DNA from: Candidatus Latescibacterota bacterium
GTDB lineage: Bacteria > Latescibacterota > UBA2968 > UBA8231
Direction of reading: 5' to 3'
Assembly (NCBI GenBank): GCA_965197905.1
Contig: CBDAOB010000005.1
Coordinates: 384,001 to 448,000, forward strand
Length of the DNA: 64,000 bases
A program made the translations under genes and the position numbers. The first letter of the stretch is position 1. Each line of letters starts with the position of its first letter. Below, piece by piece: positions 60,964 through 64,000 of this stretch. Below the pieces are notes generated by a model, which had not been told where the DNA came from, made no database searches, and saw only the letters and a list, made by a program, of their open reading frames with translations.

Positions 60964-61851
60964 TCACCTGTCGGTAACCACCTCCCCGTCGAACCCGCTC
61001 TCTACCAACCGGTCCACGAGCTCTTGAACGACGGTGGAATCTAGAGCGGCATTGTTGCTGATCTGAATGGTCTCGCCGACGTGGGTGAGTTTGGACAACC
61101 CGTTCAAACTGCTGAGCGCAGGGTTGTCGCTGATGCGCAGGTGGCGTTCAACGTATTCGAGTTTGCCAAGACCATCTACGTGAACCAGCGACTGGTTTTC
61201 CCGGATGTCCAGCTCCCATCGCGTGATTCGCGAAAGATTGCCCAGGCCGTCGACATTTGTCAGGGAAGGATTGTTCCAAATGGACAGGTCGCCGACCGCG
61301 GCAATTCCACTGAGGCCGTCCACATTGGCCAGGACCGGGTTGAGAATAATCTGGATCCCAACGACGCCCACGTGTGACAGATTCGACAAACCGTCGATAT
61401 GGGTCATCGAGGAATTGAACCCGACAATCAGAAACGAACCGACGCTGCGCAGTTTGCTCAGCCCGTCGAGCTCGCGCAGGTTGGCGTTGCTACCGATGTC
61501 GAGAAATCCGGTTACCGTCTCGAGGTTTTCAAGTCCGCGCAGGCTCAAAAGGGAACCGTTGTCGCTGATCAGCATGTCGCCGCCGACACCGGTGAGCCCC
61601 TCCAGCCCGGCCAGTTCCGTCAAATCCGTATTCTGGATCGTCAGATTCCTGGTGATCAGAAAAGACTCTCCGCCTTCAGTTGCCAGGTCGTTGAGGCTTT
61701 CTTGCGAATCGATGGCGTAGTCGCCACGCAACACCTTGTCGCCAGGTGATGCCCGATCCCCAGACGAGAGGGGGTCCTTGTTATCGCTGTCGCCGCAGTT
61801 GGCAAGCACGAGGAGCACGAGCAGCAGAACGGCGTGGCGAGTTGATGGCAT
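60964..61851 (-). CDS. Lipoprotein with receptor-L-domain-type leucine-rich repeats
   Basis: Lipobox-like LANC; about eight repeats of about 25 aa, L..V.G.L.I..N..L..(L/V)DGL..L. Confidence 0.85.
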   Translation of the reverse strand: MPSTRHAVLLLVLLVLANCGDSDNKDPLSSGDRASPGDKVLRGDYAIDSQESLNDLATEGGESFLITRNLTIQNTDLTELAGLEGLTGVGGDMLISDNGSLLSLRGLENLETVTGFLDIGSNANLRELDGLSKLRSVGSFLIVGFNSSMTHIDGLSNLSHVGVVGIQIILNPVLANVDGLSGIAAVGDLSIWNNPSLTNVDGLGNLSRITRWELDIRENQSLVHVDGLGKLEYVERHLRISDNPALSSLNGLSKLTHVGETIQISNNAALDSTVVQELVDRLVESGFDGEVVTDR

Positions 61852-61985
61852 GTTAGCTACTCCATGGTGACTGAGGTGATGGTTGCCCTCAGCGGAGGGA
61901 CCGTGTCACGTCTCCGCCTACGGTTCGGTCCAAAAGGAATACAACTCGGCGTTTCGCACAATGAAACGCAGGAGCACCGTCTGTT

Positions 61986-62232
61986 GACAACGGATTCCAC
62001 CTGATTCAGCTGGCCGTCAGTCGCGATTTGAAGAACTGGACGCGCTTGGGCGATCGCCAACCGTTCATTGGGCCGTCGAAGTGAGATTCGGGCGCCTACG
62101 ATCTAACCCAGCTCATCGGTCCATCGCGAAGCGATTTTCAATATTGTCGCGTCCCAGCCCCTGGTCGAGCTCGTCGGCGTGGAAGATCAGCTCCGGTGTG
62201 CTCCAGTTATCGAAGGATTCGCTCTTCGTCGT
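61986..62232. pseudogene. Two fragments of a beta-propeller glycoside-hydrolase-like gene in opposite orientations
   Basis: Plus strand: DNGFHLIQLAVSRDLKNWTRLGDRQPFIGPSK*DSGAYDLTQLIGPS. Minus strand: SESFDNWSTPELIFHADELDQGLGRDNIENRFA. Both resemble segments of the 58570 protein. Confidence 0.65.
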
Positions 62233-62613
62233 GCCGTCATTCGGCCCAATTGGGGTCGCAGGAGAGACCAGCCTGCAGACGCGTAGTGCTCCGTTGTGGG
62301 ATCCGCTCGAGGAGCGGTTCACAAGGCGGTTCCCTTTGGCCCGGTGACCCGGAATCTCTAGCCTACTGCACCGGTTGCCAGCTGCGAATATCAGATTCGC
62401 TACGGGATACCAAATTCAACCGGGCATCATGGTTCGTCGGTGTACATTGATTTGGGACCGGTATCGGAAAAAAACAGATTTTTTGTTTCGATTTCCATCT
62501 TGTCCTCGGGCGGTATTGGCCATATCGTAGTGGAAAATTTTCACTGACTAGTGTGTTCCGCTGTGTGCCGTGGTCCATACTTGCCAAAGGCGACAATCAT
62601 CGGAGGGATGATC

Positions 62614-64000
62614 ATGAGGACGCTCACCCGCAGTCTGTCTGTTGCTGTTTTGGTCGCGCTGATCGCGGCCCTGCCCCTCGCTGCCGAGGATGCCAACCAG
62701 CTGTATAAGTTCAAATTCAAAGACCCGAAAAACGACGGCTACTTCGACACGTTACAAGAGAAATATGTCTGGTTCCGTGCCAAAAAAGGGTTTCATCTTT
62801 TCGACGCCTACACCGGCGAGCAGAAGTGGAGCCACAAGGAGCTACCGGATTTCGATGGAAATTACAACCTGCTGGTCAACGAGAAGTACCTGCTTTACTC
62901 CACCAAGAAGGGGGTTGCCCGCCTGGACGTCGAGACCGGCAACATCGACTGGTCGACGGAACTGTCGAAGCTCAAGTTCAAGGATGTCGACCGCCGTTGG
63001 TGGACCGACCACGGTTATATCTTCCAAATCAAAAACAACTTCACCCTGTTGGACGTGGAAAGCGGTAAAGAACAATGGTCGATACCCCTCAAGCCCAGCT
63101 CCGATCTCGCGAATAAGCGCGGCTTGCAGTGGTTTTTTGACCTGGGGGACCGCTTCCTCTTTCTGGCCAAAGACGGTCCGGTCTTGATTGACGCCAGGAC
63201 CGGGGAGACGCTGCTGAGCATCAAGGACAAATACAACAAGAAGGTCGATCCGGTGGTTCTGCTCGACCACCAGCTGATGTTCTTCTTCGACAAACGCGTC
63301 GCCCTGGTAGATTTGGAGTCGGCGACGGAGACTATCTCGATTGAAGGGAAGGTGGAGGAAGCCAGCTCCTTCCAGAGGTTCGAGATCGGCGGCAAGACCT
63401 ACGTTTTCTTCGGCTTCAACAAGCGGTTAATAGCCTTCGACGCCGACAACGGTCAGAAACTGTGGGAGACTCCGGAGGAGTCCGTAGAAGGTTCGGTGCG
63501 CTGGCTGCGTCCCGGGCCGACGTCAGACAGTGTTCTTATCGTCACCTTGCGTTCCGACAAGTTTGGCAAAGATGCCGGCACCTGGCTCAAGATGTACAGC
63601 TTTGATGTGCAGTCGGGCGCCATTAATTGGTCGCAGATGATTGGCTACTCCCAGTTGGCTTCGGTCTTCGTCAACAAGGCGTTCAACAGCGAAGCCAGTA
63701 GCAGGGGAGGAATGGACATCGGGATCTGGTTTGAGGAGCCGATCGTCGATGGTGACAATCTGATCTTCCTGAGCAAGTCTCTTGTTTCGGGAGATCCGGT
63801 AACCCTGGAGCGGAAAGAATCGCAAGGGTTTCTCAGTATCAATACGCAAACCGGACAGGTGAATTTCCAGGCCAAGTTCCAGATTCTGGACGCGAAGGGC
63901 AAAGGATACGGTGGATTGGGGGTTGGTCCGCTTCACGATCCCAACGACGGATATCCAGGTGTGATCGATCTTGGCGAAACGCTCGTGGCTGCCGGATTCG
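62614..64000 (+). CDS. Exported PQQ-like (BamB-type) beta-propeller repeat protein (3' end runs off window)
   Basis: Not in the ORF track. RBS GGAGG; signal peptide MRTLTRSLSVAVLVALIAALPLAA; repeats DAYTGEQKW, DVETGNIDW, DVESGKEQW, DADNGQKLW and DVQSGAINW. Confidence 0.85.
   Translation, partial: MRTLTRSLSVAVLVALIAALPLAAEDANQLYKFKFKDPKNDGYFDTLQEKYVWFRAKKGFHLFDAYTGEQKWSHKELPDFDGNYNLLVNEKYLLYSTKKGVARLDVETGNIDWSTELSKLKFKDVDRRWWTDHGYIFQIKNNFTLLDVESGKEQWSIPLKPSSDLANKRGLQWFFDLGDRFLFLAKDGPVLIDARTGETLLSIKDKYNKKVDPVVLLDHQLMFFFDKRVALVDLESATETISIEGKVEEASSFQRFEIGGKTYVFFGFNKRLIAFDADNGQKLWETPEESVEGSVRWLRPGPTSDSVLIVTLRSDKFGKDAGTWLKMYSFDVQSGAINWSQMIGYSQLASVFVNKAFNSEASSRGGMDIGIWFEEPIVDGDNLIFLSKSLVSGDPVTLERKESQGFLSINTQTGQVNFQAKFQILDAKGKGYGGLGVGPLHDPNDGYPGVIDLGETLVAAGF

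Noticed and set aside
62082..62084. In-frame TGA in the propeller fragment as a second selenocysteine
   Set aside because: No Cys-type motif, no start or full gene context and no convincing hairpin; it lies in a degraded relic.
58566..62254. CCAATTGG palindromes near two suspected junctions (58566 and 62246) as recombination sites
   Set aside because: The same 8-mer also occurs inside coding sequence away from any junction (about 43055 and 52557), so it is not specific.
62571..62584. Possible sigma-54 promoter (TGGTCCATACTTGC) before the PQQ-repeat gene
   Set aside because: GG-to-GC spacing is 11 nt rather than the required 12.

Overview
Bacterial DNA of roughly 60% GC (estimated by eye), almost entirely coding. 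The content is catabolic and accessory: four PhyH-family dioxygenases, three Gfo/Idh/MocA oxidoreductases, two enolase-superfamily enzymes, two HpcH aldolases, two MetE-C-terminal-like Zn enzymes, two SMP-30 lactonases, a sulfatase, several glycoside-hydrolase-like proteins and three histidine kinases. This mix, plus a secreted protein with a YPNPFN C-terminal sorting/FlgD-Ig domain, suggests a Latescibacterota/Poribacteria-like organism (inference). I found no rRNA, tRNA, CRISPR array or transposase. The strongest hidden signal is at 50.8-54.3 kb. There a sigma-54 type -24/-12 promoter precedes a thioredoxin-fold gene missed by the ORF track, whose active site reads WASW-TGA-R-C (a Sec-x-Cys motif) followed by a SECIS-like hairpin. 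That gene overlaps (ATGA) an NtrB-type kinase carrying an unusual extracellular beta-helix sensor, and the pair converges on a porin / small periplasmic protein / hybrid kinase cassette. Several genes are broken by single-base indels, mostly in short G/C runs, so sequencing or assembly error must be considered throughout. Family assignments come from motif recognition by eye, not database searches.
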